Shown: in pieces, positions 1 to 12,553 of the stretch
Position numbering within the stretch: position 1 is the stretch's first letter
How the letters are laid out: each line of letters opens with the position of its first letter
From: Squalus acanthias
Lineage: Eukaryota
Reading direction: 5' to 3'
Length of the DNA: 64,000 bases
NCBI GenBank assembly: GCA_030390025.1
Contig: CM059431.1
Coordinates: forward strand, 122,080,001 to 122,144,000
Position numbers and translations under genes: made by a program
Notes under the pieces: model-generated
Database searches by the model: none
The model's input: the letters and a program-made list of their open reading frames with translations, nothing else
Told to the model about the DNA's origin: nothing

Positions 1-1599
1 TTAAGAGGGAGCAGGGGGTGAGGGCTCACAATGTCAGAAGTTCCCATACGCCCACCTTGTGAATAGTCAGGTGTATCATTGGCAAGCCAGTTGAATCCAG
101 GCATATTCACCAGCTGAAAAGCAGAAATGGGGCCCGACTTGGTTGTAGCCTGGAATCCTGACAAAGAAACAACTTCACAGAAACTTTGACCCCCCTTACA
201 AAGAGGTCAGAGGCGGCACCTCTCTTTTTATCATGGGGAGAGGCAGTGCTTCTTGACTTAGCAAACAGAGCCAGCGTTTGTGGTCTCCAGATGCACCTCT
301 ACTGATGCAGATGCGCAGAATAGAATAGTATATAAAGGAGGGAACTTCCCTCTAATACGGGAAAGTCCTCCAGGGTCAGCGGTGGAGGTGCATCCGGTCA
401 TTTATGCTGGGATGCAGCCTGCACAGATTTCCAATACCGAGAAGAGTTAAATTTTACAGGGTAGTGGATATGAGTAAAGGACTTTAAGAAAAAGCTGTTG
501 TCGCTGTGTTAATTAACTCCTTCAAAAAAATGGATAAATACCTGTCTGGGAATGGGAAATGATTTTAGGAATAGGTAAAGATTGAAATGATCAAAATGTT
601 TGGAAACAATGGTCGTGTGCTACTGGAGTCTGAAGTGATGGTGGTAAGGTTTAGGTGAGTGCAGGGCTGTTGGCAGAGTAGGATGTTAAGCCAATAAGAT
701 GATTTTGGAGATGTGGCAGTGCATAAGTATTCGAAGGTTTTGCTAACTTTCTGGAATTGGAGCATTTATGCAGAATGTTCCCTTAGGAAATCAGATAGAT
801 GGAGTTGAGATTGATTGCATGTGCTTTGGAAAAAGATTTTGTTTGAGCAGCTGAGACGCCATTTCTCATTCAATGTTTTTTTCTGCTTTTATAGTTCAAC
901 AGTGATTATCACTGTTTGTTAAACATTATTTAGCACCAGTCATTTCCTCCATGAGACCCAACATAAAAGTCCTTATTTATATGCAGCCCTTGAACAACAT
1001 TATTCACAAACACAGTGTCAGTTTGCATATGCTAATAACACTGTGGGCAAAATGCCCTGTGAATTGCTTTAAATGTGTCCTCAAAATGGAGGCGGCAGTC
1101 AGACCGAACTATAGGAAACCGAAAGGACAATGCTAATTAAAGCTTTCAACAGTCATGTGAAATAAGGCTTTGCTGACCCATCATTAATCTAAGGTTATCA
1201 AGGGTACCAACGTCTTTAATGATGAGATTTATTACCCTGACATCCCAGAGGGCAAACACCATCGTCACAGAGGGAGGTAAGATGAGCAGCTTAACTAAGC
1301 CAACTTCTGGATACAGTGCTCATTACAGGATAGGGGATTTGTAGGGTAAATGTGAATATAATTCAAACTGGTTGATGTAAGACAGTTTGGTGAGCCAAAT
1401 CTTGGCATCATTCATGCCGAGGCCTAAACTGGGTGGTAAACATTAGAAAAATCCTTGATGAGCAGTTAAGGTGAAGAGTTTAAGGATTTGTCTGGTGCCT
1501 TGATCAATGTATTGTTCCCAGTATTCTTACAACATGCAGCTTAACCTCTCCCTCATTATCCTTAATTCCACACTGCCATCATCCTGTTCGACTGCCTGC

Positions 1600-2635
1600 T
1601 AATACAAGTCCTGGATGAACCTCAGCATCTTTCAGCTCAGCCCTGGCAAGGCTGAATCTGTCCTATTTAGCTCCTGCCAGAAATATTATGCTTCAGATGG
1701 TGATCCATTTCCCTTCCCAGCTGATCACTCAGACTGAAGATGATAGGATGTAACTTCAATGTCCTGCTTAACCCTGAGCTAATCTGCAAACCTCACATTC
1801 AGTCTATTGCCAAGCGTGCTTATTACCACCTTCAGGACATTGCTGTTCTGCCACTAGCTCATCCCAATTGCTGCTGAAATTCTCAGCCATGCTTTCATTG
1901 CCTCAGGTTTGGTTTCTACAATGTTCTCCTTATCAGCTTCCCCAGCTGATAGTCAATGGAAATGAAAATCTGGAGAGATGCATAATGGGCGGCTGAATTA
2001 ATATATCATTAATATATTAATATAACACATTTTGCACTATCACCTAAGGTCAAAATTACCCCCACTATCTCTGTTATTTTTTAACCTCCCCTAGCACCCT
2101 AGTTCCTACCATATTGGCCTGGAATTTCCCTTGTAACTGCTCCTGCTCCGCCGCCATAACTGCCAGAACCTGCCGCAAACAAGATTTTCTTTGCATTTCT
2201 GACAAAGTTACGGCAGTGGAGCGGGAGCAACTGCAAGCTAATTCTGAGCTATTGACTTTGAATCCCTTGTTCTTCTCTTCAAATCCCTCCGTGGCCTTGC
2301 TCCACCCTACATCTGCAATCGTCTTGAGCCTAACATCCCAGCATCCAGTCTTTTGTCTCTTGTCTACTGCATGTACCGCCTCCTTCTTAGACTCCATCAT
2401 TCAGCCTTTAGCCACCACACCATTGCACTCAGCATCTATGTCCCCAAACCTTTCTGTTTTGCTACCTCTCACCTGTCCTTCAAAAGCCTGCTAAAATGTA
2501 TCTCTTCCACTGTGTTTTTGATCACCTCCCTAACTACTCCCCTATCTTCTGCTCAGTGTCCAACATTCTTCCTGTAAATTGCCCTGAGACTTTTTGTTAT
2601 ATGAAAGCTATGATATAAATGTAACTTGTTGATGT
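1600..2635 (+). mobile_element. Degenerate L2-clade LINE 3' relic
   Basis: Remnants of L2 RT C-terminal motifs (gctgaaattctcagccatgctttcattgcctcaggtttg ~ AETLIHAFVTSRLD; ttcaaatccctccgtggccttgctccaccctac ~ FKSLHGLAPPY) and an L2-type tail (tataaatgtaacttgttg). Boundaries approximate. Confidence 0.6.
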
Positions 2636-3247
2636 TCATGTTAATGTTATTGTTGAAAATTTCATGAGCTCTGGCTATGACCCTTATACAGTTGGATTTC
2701 TCAGTAGCTAGACCTAAGCAATGATGAATTGAGGGTGATAGTTCTTCTTCCAGTAGCAGAGGCTCGGTCTTTTAGTCAATACTATAAATGTCCGTCCTTT
2801 CAATTAAGGACTTTGGAAACTGTCAGTGGGTTACCTAGCAATGTATGTATGGGAGGAAAATGTAATGTTGTTAGGGCTGTGATTTATTTTCTAGATACGA
2901 GGTTTAAATGTGAAGTCTGGCTTCTGCTCGTTCCAGTTGTCACAGTTTATCTTTCTAGACACTGATGTGAGCTAGAGCAGCTTTAGTGATTTCCTTGTCC
3001 GTCTTTGTGTGGGCAACATATTCTACATTGAATAAATTTTGAGTAAAGCAGTGAAAAAAGTGAAATCAATGAATTACAATCTAATTATATTACATTACTT
3101 CTGGTAGATAAACACTTGCAGGTACATGAGCAAGAAATGCTTTCTTGTAATTAAATCAAAACAATTTAAATTTCATTTTGAAAGTAATTTTTAAGACAGG
3201 TGTTATTTTTCTTACCCAAAGCATTAATTTTTTTGGATAAATTTATA

Positions 3248-3355
3248 TAGAATTACATAGAATTTTACAGCACAAAAACAGGCCATTTGGCCTAATAGGT
3301 CTATGCCACAGTTTATGTTCCACACAAGACTCCTCCCACCTTACTTCATCCCACA
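3248..3355 (-). mobile_element. CR1 LINE extreme 3' end fragment
   Basis: atagaattacatagaat...acagcacaaaaacaggccatttggcc is the reverse complement of the CR1 (ATTCTATG)n tail plus stem-loop region. Confidence 0.55.
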
Positions 3356-3464
3356 TATTCTGCTACTGTATTCCAAGCTTCCTCACTGCAGCCTCTAGCA
3401 TTAAGCTTCATCCTTCAGCTGGGGAAGGATGCTAAATTAATCTTGGTCATGGACTCCTTCATCA

Positions 3465-3930
3465 ATGATTCCAGGGATGAGGGACTTCAGTTATGTGGAT
3501 AGACTGGAGAATCTGGGGTTGTTCTCCTTAGAGCGGAGAAGGTTAAGAGGAGATTTGATAGAGCTATTCAAAATCATGATTGGTCTAGACAGAGTAGATA
3601 GAGAGAAACTGTTTCCATTGACGGAAGGATCGAGAACCAGCGGACACAGTTTTAAGGTGATTAGCAAAAGAACCAAAAGCAACATGAGGAAAATCTTTTT
3701 TATGCAGTGAGGGGTTAGAATCTGGAATGCACTGTCTGAAAAGGTGGTGGAGGCAGACTCTATCGTGGCTTTCAAACGGGAATTGGATAAGTACCTGAGG
3801 GGAAAATATTTGCATGGCTACAGGAAAGAGAGGCGGAGTGGGACCAGCTGAAGTGCTCTTGCAGAGAGCCAGCACGGGCTCGATGGGATGAATGGACTTC
3901 TTCTCTGCTGTAATCATTCTATGATTCTAT
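3465..3930 (+). mobile_element. 5'-truncated CR1 LINE (RT C-terminus + 3' UTR)
   Basis: LGLFSLERRRLRGDLIELFKI motif; ends in attctatgattctat tail. Confidence 0.9.
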
Positions 3931-4368
3931 CATCAAAGCTGCCATCAAAGTAGCTGGCAGGAATTCTTTGTCTGCTGGTCGGGCCAACTCTCCTTCCCCA
4001 AGAGCCGTAAGGGGCGAAATTCATCATTGCCCAGGAATGGGCGCTAACTTCTGAAAAGTTTGAGATTTAGCGCCAGGCGCTAATGAATCTCGTTGCACAC
4101 AAAATTCAGTGTCATCGCTCAAAGAAAGGATGGGAGCGCTAAATCAAGCGCTAATGACCTAGCTCAGTGGAGTTAGACTCAAAGCACTAAACAATTTCAG
4201 GTGCAGTCTAATCGCTGGTCATCATTGCCACAGGCTCTTTCCAGTTCTTAAAGGGGAGGTTCAATCATGCTGCAGAACCTCATTCTCAGCATTGCTGGTT
4301 CTGCAGCTGTCTCAGCAAGCAGCAGAAGGCCAAGGAGAAGGAACCGGACCACTGAAGGAGGTGTCATC

Positions 4369-6260
4369 ATGGCAGATCAACGGCCCAGGGAGACAGCTCA
4401 CAGATTCTGCGACCAGGAATTGGAGGCGTTGGTCTTCACTGTGGAGAGACGGAGGGCGGTGCTGTACCCGGCAAGTGGCAGGAGGCCCTCGCCACAAGTC
4501 TTCCACGCCATGGGGAGGGAGGTAGCCCAGCAGGTCTCGGGCAGCACTGTGGTCCACAGGACCCACACACAGTGCAAGAAGAAATTTAACAACCTCACTC
4601 GGGTGGTCAGGGTGAGTCAATGCCTCAACAAATGCTACATACCACCATCTGAACCATAGTCTGCACACACTGCCCAAAGCACCACACCCCCAGCACTCAC
4701 CCACCAACAATCTCTACCTACCAACACTCACACCCACATCTCACACCTTGCACACAGTGACAGCTATTCGACTATGGCAGGCACATCACCCAGACACATT
4801 GCTCCACACGCACTCGCACACATTCCTCTCTCTTGCAGGCCAAGGTTGCTCACAACAGGAGGGAGCAGGAGCGCACAGGCGGGGGACAAACCGACACCCA
4901 ACCACTGTCTGAGCTGGAGGAAAGAGTGCTGCAAATCATTGGGCGGCAGATGGTGGGCGCGTGGCCACCTGTGACGTTAACCCCCTTGGATACAACAACG
5001 GTATGTTCATCCCGACTCCTTCTTCTCACATCCCACTTCTCTCTCAGCCCACAAGCCTTTCCCACTTTCCAGCTAATCATGCTGTATGCATATATTTCTC
5101 CCTTCCTGCCCCCTCCCCTCACCTTAACCCGACTCTTGTGCCTTTATGCTTTCAGATAATCAGCAAGCAGCTGAGCAGCCTGTCCTTGAGGGTACCGTAG
5201 AGAGCGAAGCGGGAGAAGAGGAGGACAAAGAACACACCGTGTCACTGTATGTCTCACCCGCAGGCACCAGCTCAGATACTGGCACTACGCATTCTTTAGA
5301 GGCTAATATAGTAGCGGGATCTGCACAGGGTGAGGCACCGGGGACGAGCGGACTGCAGCAAGGTCAGGGGAAAGGGTAGCTCGGGGGCCAGCCCCCGGAG
5401 GGCGAGTTCGCATGCGTGTTCTGCTGCACAGGACTCACATGAGGACCTCGATGGGGAGGCCTATAGAAGAAGGGTGATGGACATGCACATGGAGATGATA
5501 GGTGCAATGGCAAGGGTGCCTGAGAGCCTCTCGGCAATGGTAAGGAGCATGGAGGAGTCCGCCTCCAACATTGCACAGAGCTCTGCACACACCATGGAGC
5601 CCATCCTTTGCAGTCTGCAAAGGATGGTGAACTCCCAGAGAGACCGTGGCGACCCAGACCTCATGCCACGTGTGATGGGCAATGTCGCAGCTTCCATTGC
5701 TGCACAGGCGGAAGCCACGCAACATCTTAGTGCTGTAATGCAGTCTATGCTTGGTGCCATCGATTCTCTGACTATTCTCATACAGTCTCAGCTTGATGCC
5801 ACGCAAGCTCTGACTGCTGCCATCATGGCTGGGTTGACCATGTCCACCGGGGCTTTCACGGTGTCGCAGCAGGCCAGCAATCTGTGCTCCAGCAGATTGG
5901 TAGTGATGCTGAGGTGCTGCCCCGGGGGAGTGGCAGTGGGTCAGTAGAGCAGGAAGCTGCTGTCCTCTCTCAGGATGACAGCATTCCTGATCCCACCACT
6001 GGCACTCCGCCATTGCCCTTGTCATCCAGCCAGCCCAGACTGCTGCCGCCCATGCTGAGGTGGTGTAGTCTACAGCCGGTCCTTCCAGGCCCAGAGCTGG
6101 TCGAGGGCGTCCTGCAAGGCCATCTGAAGTCTCCCGCATGGACACTCAACAGCCTTTCACCTGCCGTGCTGCAGCCACTGGGCCAACACCTCGTAGGAGC
6201 ACTAGAGTAGGCAAACGCACTGTAACAAGGGGCACGAAGGGATTGCACAAGGGTGAATAG
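4369..6260 (+). pseudogene. Harbinger Myb/SANT-like DNA-binding protein, 3 exons (4369-4611, 4839-5000, 5156-6260)
   Basis: MADQRPRETAHRFCDQELEALV...RTHTQCKKKFNNLTRVVR|GTGAGT; ttgcag|AKVAHNRREQERTGGG; GTATGT donor at 5001; ttcag| acidic then coiled-coil-like exon 3. Frameshifts/stops present. Confidence 0.85.
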
Positions 6261-6424
6261 CTAATATTGTTGTTGTAAATATATGTTCACTGATTATTGA
6301 TAAATTTATTAATTGGCTTTCGATGATTTTGTGATGTCTCTCATTTCAGCTTTGCGTTGTGACATGGCCTGCGACAGGGATGGAATGACGGGGATGTGGT
6401 GAGCAATGGGGATCTGGGGTTTAA

Positions 6425-7612
6425 ATTATTGGAACCGCAGTCTGATGAGGTGGTCATGGACCACCCTTCCAGAAGGCCGATTGAGTGGCTATCTCCTCCC
6501 TCGCTCCTGTTCCTCCTCCTCCTCCTCCTAGTCTTCCTCTTATTCCTTGTCCTCGTCCTCCTCCTCCTCTCCCGCTTCCTCCTCTTGACGTTGTCCCGCA
6601 ATCCCTGCTGGCAAGGGCTGGACCTTCATGATGGCATGCAGCACACCATGACGAAATGGGACTCCCACTCCAGCGAGTACTGGAGGGCTCCTCCCGCGCG
6701 GTCAAGCCAGCGGAACCGTTGCTTGAGCACCCCAATGGTCTGCTCGATGATGTTCCTGGTGGCAGCATGGCTCTCATTATATGAGTGCTGAGCAGGAGTG
6801 CTGGGGTTGCGGAGGGGAGTCGTGAGCCAGGTGGAGAGCAGATAGCCCTTGTCTTTAACCAGCCAGACACAAGCTTGATGTGGTGGCTAAAAGAGTGCTG
6901 GCACACCGGTCTGGCGCAGGATAAAGGCATAATGGCTGCTTCCAGTATAGCGGGCATTCACATCGAGGATTCGTTGTCTATGGTCGCACACCAACTGCAC
7001 ATTAAGTGAGTGGTAGCCTTTGCGGTTACGGAATACCTCAGGATTATTACGGGGTGCCCGCAAAGCCACACAGGTGCAGTCAATGGCACCCTGAACCATG
7101 GGGAAGCCCGCTATCCTGGTAAAGTCACATGCATGTTCGTCCTGCTTTTCTCTGGTGATAGGGAAGGAAATGTAATCCCTTCTCCTACTGTAGAGAGCCT
7201 TTGTAACCTCCTGGATGCAGCCATGGACGGCGAATTGTGAGATGTTAGCTATGTCTCTGTTGCAGATTAGAAGGAGCCGCTGGTGAAGAAATTGAGGGCG
7301 ACAGTCACCTTGACTGCCACTGAGAGAGCCGTGGTCGATCCGATCTGAGGCTGGAGGTCTGGTTGCAGGAGGTGGCAGAGTTCTGTGACCACAGCCTTGC
7401 TGAAGCGGAGCCTTCTAATGCACTGCTCCTGGCTTAATTGGAGGTCGGAGAAGTGCTCTCGGAATAACCTCGGAGGATAAGGCCTCCTGTTGAGAGTCCT
7501 GATGTCCCTCCATCTCCCTCTGGCCACATCTTGCAATCTCGCTTTCTCGCTGCCTCTGCTCCCTCTGCCATAGATCCTGGACGGCAAGGTCCACTGCCAG
7601 TACAGCCCCCAT
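6425..7612 (-). pseudogene. HARBI1-like Harbinger DDE transposase
   Basis: RRPYPPRLFR..QCIRRLRFSK..ALSVAVKVTVALNFFTSGSF*, VQGAIDCT, FRNRKGYHSLNVQLVCD, KDKGY, NIIEQTIG; acidic C-terminus; in-frame stop at 7267-7269 and frameshifts. Confidence 0.9.
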
Positions 7613-8324
7613 TAATGTAATGATGTGTATCACTTTGAAATTTTGTCATAATAAATGAAACACATTTTTAGCAGCCACAGCACTCCTGATACTAAAGAAC
7701 CTTTAAATGACTAAATTAAACTCTTGCACAATCGCAAACTGACAAGGAAGCAGTGAAACAGCACTAACCTGATAGCTGCAACTGATCCCTTTAAATAGTG
7801 CCCCTGGAGCTGCCATCCGCCTGCTTCACGCCTCCTCTGTCCCTCGTTGTTGGGGCGAGGCGTTGGCAGGGGGTAATAATCAATTTGGCAGATCAGGCGT
7901 TCCACGCTCACTGACGTTATGATCTGCCTGGCGCTAAAGCCCCAGACGCTAAATGTTAGCAGCGGCGCTAAGGAGCGACTGGATTTGGCGTGCAGCGCTG
8001 GATTTGCCTCGCCCCAGCGCTACTTCATTAGCAGCCCGTTAGTGCCCCCGCCAGGCACTAATGGGAGGCGCTAACCAACCGACTTTCTCCCCCATAATGT
8101 TTGGCATCATACAGTGCTTATTCTTGCAGCCAAGCAAAGAACAAGGAAATTTGCCCAAAGAAAGTAAACACATTTTAATATCATTTCACAGTGAGATTTA
8201 AATGTTTGCCGTGTTTGAGAGTGCATAGTATTCTACTGATGGATCTTGGTTGAATTAGAAGATTTTTAAATATTTATCCAGCTGGACTTTAGATAATTTG
8301 TTTAAAGAATTGTGACGTCTCCTG

Positions 8325-8640
8325 AGCCCTGAAATTCCTGAGTCCTCGATGTGGGCCATAAATACAGTGTGCTGGCACCGAAATCCTAGGATGTTGACCA
8401 CATCAGAACGCCTGGACGACAAGGGCAGGAAATTTGGGAAAGAGGTGGAGCAAGGGTGCAACATCTTCATTTCAGGGGGTGCATGCAGTTGGGAGCACCA
8501 GGGAAGAAGCCAGAACATGCAGCAGCACAGCTCACGTGGAAGGAGGTAGCTGTGGCTGCGAGTGGGACCTCCGTAACCCCAATGAACCCTTGCAATATCG
8601 GAAGAGGTATAATGGTCTCACTTGGTCAGCAAATGTATAT
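8325..8640 (+). pseudogene. Old Harbinger Myb/SANT exon-1 relic
   Basis: Frameshifted AQLTWKEVAVAASGTSVTP..LQYRKRYNGLTWSAN resembles WxxVA..QCxKxFNDL of the other Myb exons; TIR-like gagccctgaaatt near 8325. Confidence 0.55.
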
Positions 8641-8784
8641 GTGTTATTCGATGAATAACAGAACAATGCATTTTGGGATATCACATGCCAGCATGTTCCT
8701 TGTCCCAGAAGCAAAGTCACTGCAGCAGTCAATTAACATAATGGATTCCTTCCGCAGGAGAAGAGGGCACATAACACCAGGGGA

Positions 8785-9136
8785 TTGACAGGGTGGATGC
8801 TGAGAGGTTGTTTCCCCTGGCTGGAGTGTTTAGAACTAGGGGGCATAGTCTCAGGATAAGGGGTAGGCCATTTAAGACTGAGATGAGAAGGAATTTCTTC
8901 ACTCAGAGGTTTGTGAATCTTTGGAATTCTCTGCCCCAGAGGGCTATGAATGCTGAGTCTTTGAGTATATTCAAGGCTGAGATAGATAGATTTTTGGACT
9001 CTAGGGGAATCCAGGGATAAGGAGATTGGGCGGGAAAGTGGAGTTGAGGTCGATGATCAGCCATGATATTATTGAATGGTGATGCAGGCTCGAGGGGCCA
9101 TATGGCCTACTCCTGCTCTTATTTCTTATGTTCTTA
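8785..9136 (+). mobile_element. 5'-truncated CR1 LINE
   Basis: DAERLFPLAGVFRTRGHSLRIRG..RRNFFTQR..LWNSLP; 3' stem-loop and ttcttatgttctta tail. Confidence 0.9.
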
Positions 9137-9744
9137 ACACCAGTGAAGGCCAGGCCACTGGCAGAGAAAGTGCAGAAAGTTGCCATTATAAACTGTGTGA
9201 AGAAGAAGCAATGGTAAACCTTGGCTTCAAGTCTAGCCTGTTAGCTGGGGAAGGAGATATCAGAGTCAGTGTGACCTTAGTAGGTTTGTGTGAATGTCTA
9301 ACTTTTCTTTTGTATTGTTTCTATGTAGTCTGCAAACTGTCTACCAGCTACCACTTTTCTCATAAGTGATTCACAAGGGAGCTGATTAAGATAGAATGGT
9401 GTTCAAGTAGACTAAAATTAACAGTTTTTCATCCAGACTCTGCAAGCCAGAAGGGAGATAGAAAGGCTACTGAAGAGCAAGATAGTGCAGTTCCTTCTAC
9501 CTCTAGCAACACTGGCGATCACTCACCCACCGCATCATTCACCCTCTCCTTTGCACTTAGCAGCCCAAAGCCACCCCGTTGAGAGGGTACAGACAGTATG
9601 GATGAGGAACTGACACGGAAAACAAGTGAGACAGAGGGTGCAGATGTGGAAGTAGCGTCTGATATAGTTGAGAGCAGCCATAAGACATGTCAGTTCCAGC
9701 ATACATGGATGATGATCTAAAAACATTTTTTAAATGGCAAACTC

Positions 9745-10245
9745 GACCCCAACGTGCCTCCAACGCGCCCACGTCCGGTTTTAATGGAAGCGGGTTGAGG
9801 GGTGGGCAACTAACCTGCTCTCCGGTGCCAGATCATCCTTAAAATATATTAATGAGGCTGCTTGCCTCAAATGTAACCTTTGTTTCACATTTCATTCTTG
9901 GGAGCTGGGTTTTCCAGGCCTGGGGAAACCCAGCAGCTGAAGGGAGGAGAGCACTATCTGGACAAGCCACCACCCCCGCCCCCTCCTCCCGCGATCTCTA
10001 ACACGCCCCCACCAGACCAACCTGATCTCCTTGGCTGGGGCCTTGTGCTGCAGGCTTCCTCACTTGACAGGCCTCCAGCCTGTCAATCAGGCTGCCTGTG
10101 GGCGGGAATCCGACTAAAAAGAAATCAAAGGAGCCCTGCAGTTAAAAACTGCAGGACATTCATGAAACGTGTTCTACTGGGTTTCTCAACATCAAAACAG
10201 CTCCCCCCACCCCATGGAACTCACCTCCGGGCTAAAATCCAGGCC
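9745..10245. mobile_element. Probable Harbinger-type MITE relic
   Basis: GC-rich island ending in aaaatccaggcc, similar to MITE right TIRs elsewhere in the window; left end not resolved. Confidence 0.4.
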
Positions 10246-10325
10246 ATTAACTGTTTCTCTCACCACAGTTGCCATCGTGTTTGCAGCATTTTCTAGTTTT
10301 ATTTAAATGGAGTGAGTATTGACAT

Positions 10326-10366
10326 CACTGTGTCAGCCAATGAGTTGCACTGTGTCAGCCAATGAG
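10326..10366. repeat. Perfect 19-bp direct repeat (CACTGTGTCAGCCAATGAG x2)
   Basis: Copies at 10326-10344 and 10348-10366; each contains a CCAAT box. Confidence 0.85.
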
Positions 10367-12435
10367 GTGGCGGCGGGGTGGGAATTACAACAGGACTTTT
10401 ACTCAGCAAACAGCAAACAGAGTCTATCTAAACAGAGTCTCTATGAACTACAGCAAACAGAACTCATGATGGAAACTACAGCAATCTCCTGATAAATGCA
10501 AGATTATATCTCCAGTAAAATGCTGTGATTAGGGGACAGTTACAGAATACTAGTTGATTATTTCTGCAGCATAATGCAGTGAGTGGAGGATATTTAGATA
10601 ATACAAATTATGTGCATAAAGTCAATCCCCGTCACTTACAGCAGCGTGGTCTCCAGGCATGATTAACAGGGGACTTACCTATTCATCTCCATTTTTGTAT
10701 CACTATATGCAGGCTTATTTAAAAAATACCATCCATAACCCTGTACCACTTATAGGGGATTAGAAGGGTTTAAGAACACAAACTGTAATTGGACGTTAAT
10801 GAGATGCTATTTACTGATATTTGTTCTTGCATTCAATGCACTTTAGCGAGGTGTGAACTGGTGAGTGAACACAACTGTTTCTGCCTGAAATAGACAGATC
10901 ACTTAAGACGCTATAGCCAGCAACTTTGAAATTGATGTTAATGTAAATGGTTAATGGTCAATATAAGTGACTGCCTGTTTTAAGTGTGGACATTTTAAGT
11001 GGTGGAGTCTGTACAACTCTATTCAACAAAATGCCTAATAGTAAAATTCATTGATAATAGCATAAAAGGGCACTGATTTATACAATTGAAAACTAGAATG
11101 TACCACGTAACATATTTAATATAAATTACCGTTAAATATTTGACAAGGCATCATAAACTGATTGTTTTACATGCCACCCACTTATTTTTATTCACAATTG
11201 TTCTTGTTTGAAAATTACTTTTATTGGTTTTGAAACTTTTTTCCTTCCTCGGTGCTCCATACATAATGTTGCTTTCTCAGCTGTCTCATTTGTCAGCCTA
11301 CAGGATACAAGAAAGGATTTTGGCATACTCGCAAAACAATGTTCTAACCTCTGAATTATTAGAAAATTGCACATCTGTGCCCAGACCAAGGGGTCTTGCA
11401 GGTTTGTTGATATAAATCGAAAACGGAATCTCACATGTATGAGTTTTTAGTGGTGCTACTTGAACCCCAGTTAAATTGGAATCTTGTCATTATTGTATAC
11501 AAATGTTTCCAGCTTATGACAGAACCAGTAAGTACAATTGTGCAACAAACTGATTCTAAAATCCAAACAAAATCTAATTTTTATTGAACTGAGATGAAGC
11601 TTGGATTTTTCCAGATTGATTTTGATCGGTTTCAGAATTTTCAAATTGGTGTTTTCCTAGCTGTTTCTCTTCGGCACACCACTTATTAGGTTTTTAAGCC
11701 ACTATCACTGGTTTTCATATAATTGATAGATTAATTCATTGCACTTGACCTACATCTCATAATGCATTGTTGGATGGCAGAAGGTCCTAAAGTTTAATAT
11801 AGATTTTACACTCAAGATAGAATATCCCATTTAGATTTATTTTATGCCATCAATTATTTATAATTATAAAACTATAAAAACGGATGAGATGAAAGCCTGC
11901 TCTATCTGTTGACTGTAAGGGTCCTTATTCAAATGTGTTCAGATAGTTCAACATTTCCTAGTGGATATGCGCTCATAGGCCAAAATCACCCCAAATTTGG
12001 CTCTTATTGCGAATCTCACTTACAAGGATGGCTGCTGAAGGAAATGGAAATGTTATGCTACTGCACTAGGGGTATTTTTCTACCATTGACGCCTCATTAT
12101 GGCAAAGTAGAGGATGCTTAATTCTGCAGCTGCCATACCTGAATTGGAAGTGCAAGATCATAATAAAAATGAACTTTACCACGTACTGTTATTCTTGAAG
12201 TTTTCCACTGAACTTGCACAACGAAACAGGAGGTAAAATGGATGGATTGAGCAGTGGCAGCAGTTCAGGTAGGAGCAGCAGTACTGATTCAATTTTGGGA
12301 AGTAGTGACAGTTTGGTTTTGGATAGCAGTGGCAATTTGATGTTGGATGCTGGCGGTTTGATTCTGATGAGAGCAATTGAACATTTTGGTGCAAACAATA
12401 GTAGATAATTTTAAACCAAGTAGAAGATACTTTAC

Positions 12436-12553
12436 GATAGCAAAATACTGCGGATGCTGGAAAATTGAAACAACAACAGAAAACGCTGGAAAAACTCAGC
12501 AGGCCAGGCAACATCCGTGGAGAGAGAAACAGAATTAACGTTTACGTTAACGT
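12436..12553 (-). mobile_element. Short retroelement terminal fragment (Penelope-like) with 15-bp TSD
   Basis: aaaatactgcggatgctgga...actcagcaggccaggcaacatccgtggagagagaaacag resembles a common shark Penelope-type end (from memory); flanked by TAGAAGATACTTTAC at 12421-12435 and 12554-12568. Confidence 0.55.

Larger units (their letters stand above)
4010..8093. mobile_element. PIF/Harbinger DNA transposon A (full-length, decayed)
   Basis: Imperfect TIRs AGGGGCGAAATT / revcomp GGGGGAGAAAGT, flanks gta/ata, subterminal GGCGCTAA repeats, convergent Myb/SANT-like and HARBI1-like genes. Confidence 0.9.

Noticed and set aside
1..1500. Short ORFs and a TATA-like sequence near 330
   Set aside because: No protein motifs or splice context; only faint CR1-like remnants at about 430-560, too degraded to call.
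6341..6791. Arg-rich and hydrophobic (membrane-like) ORFs
   Set aside because: Alternative frame and antisense readings of the GAG-rich acidic tail of the transposase.
6425..7612. HARBI1 or MSANTD/NAIF1 as domesticated host genes
   Set aside because: Both ORFs lie between TIRs, are paired as in transposons and carry stops and frameshifts.
12176..12514. Cys-rich or Ser/Gly-rich ORFs as a host exon
   Set aside because: Low-complexity 21-bp periodic tract running into a retroelement fragment; better explained as a TE relic.
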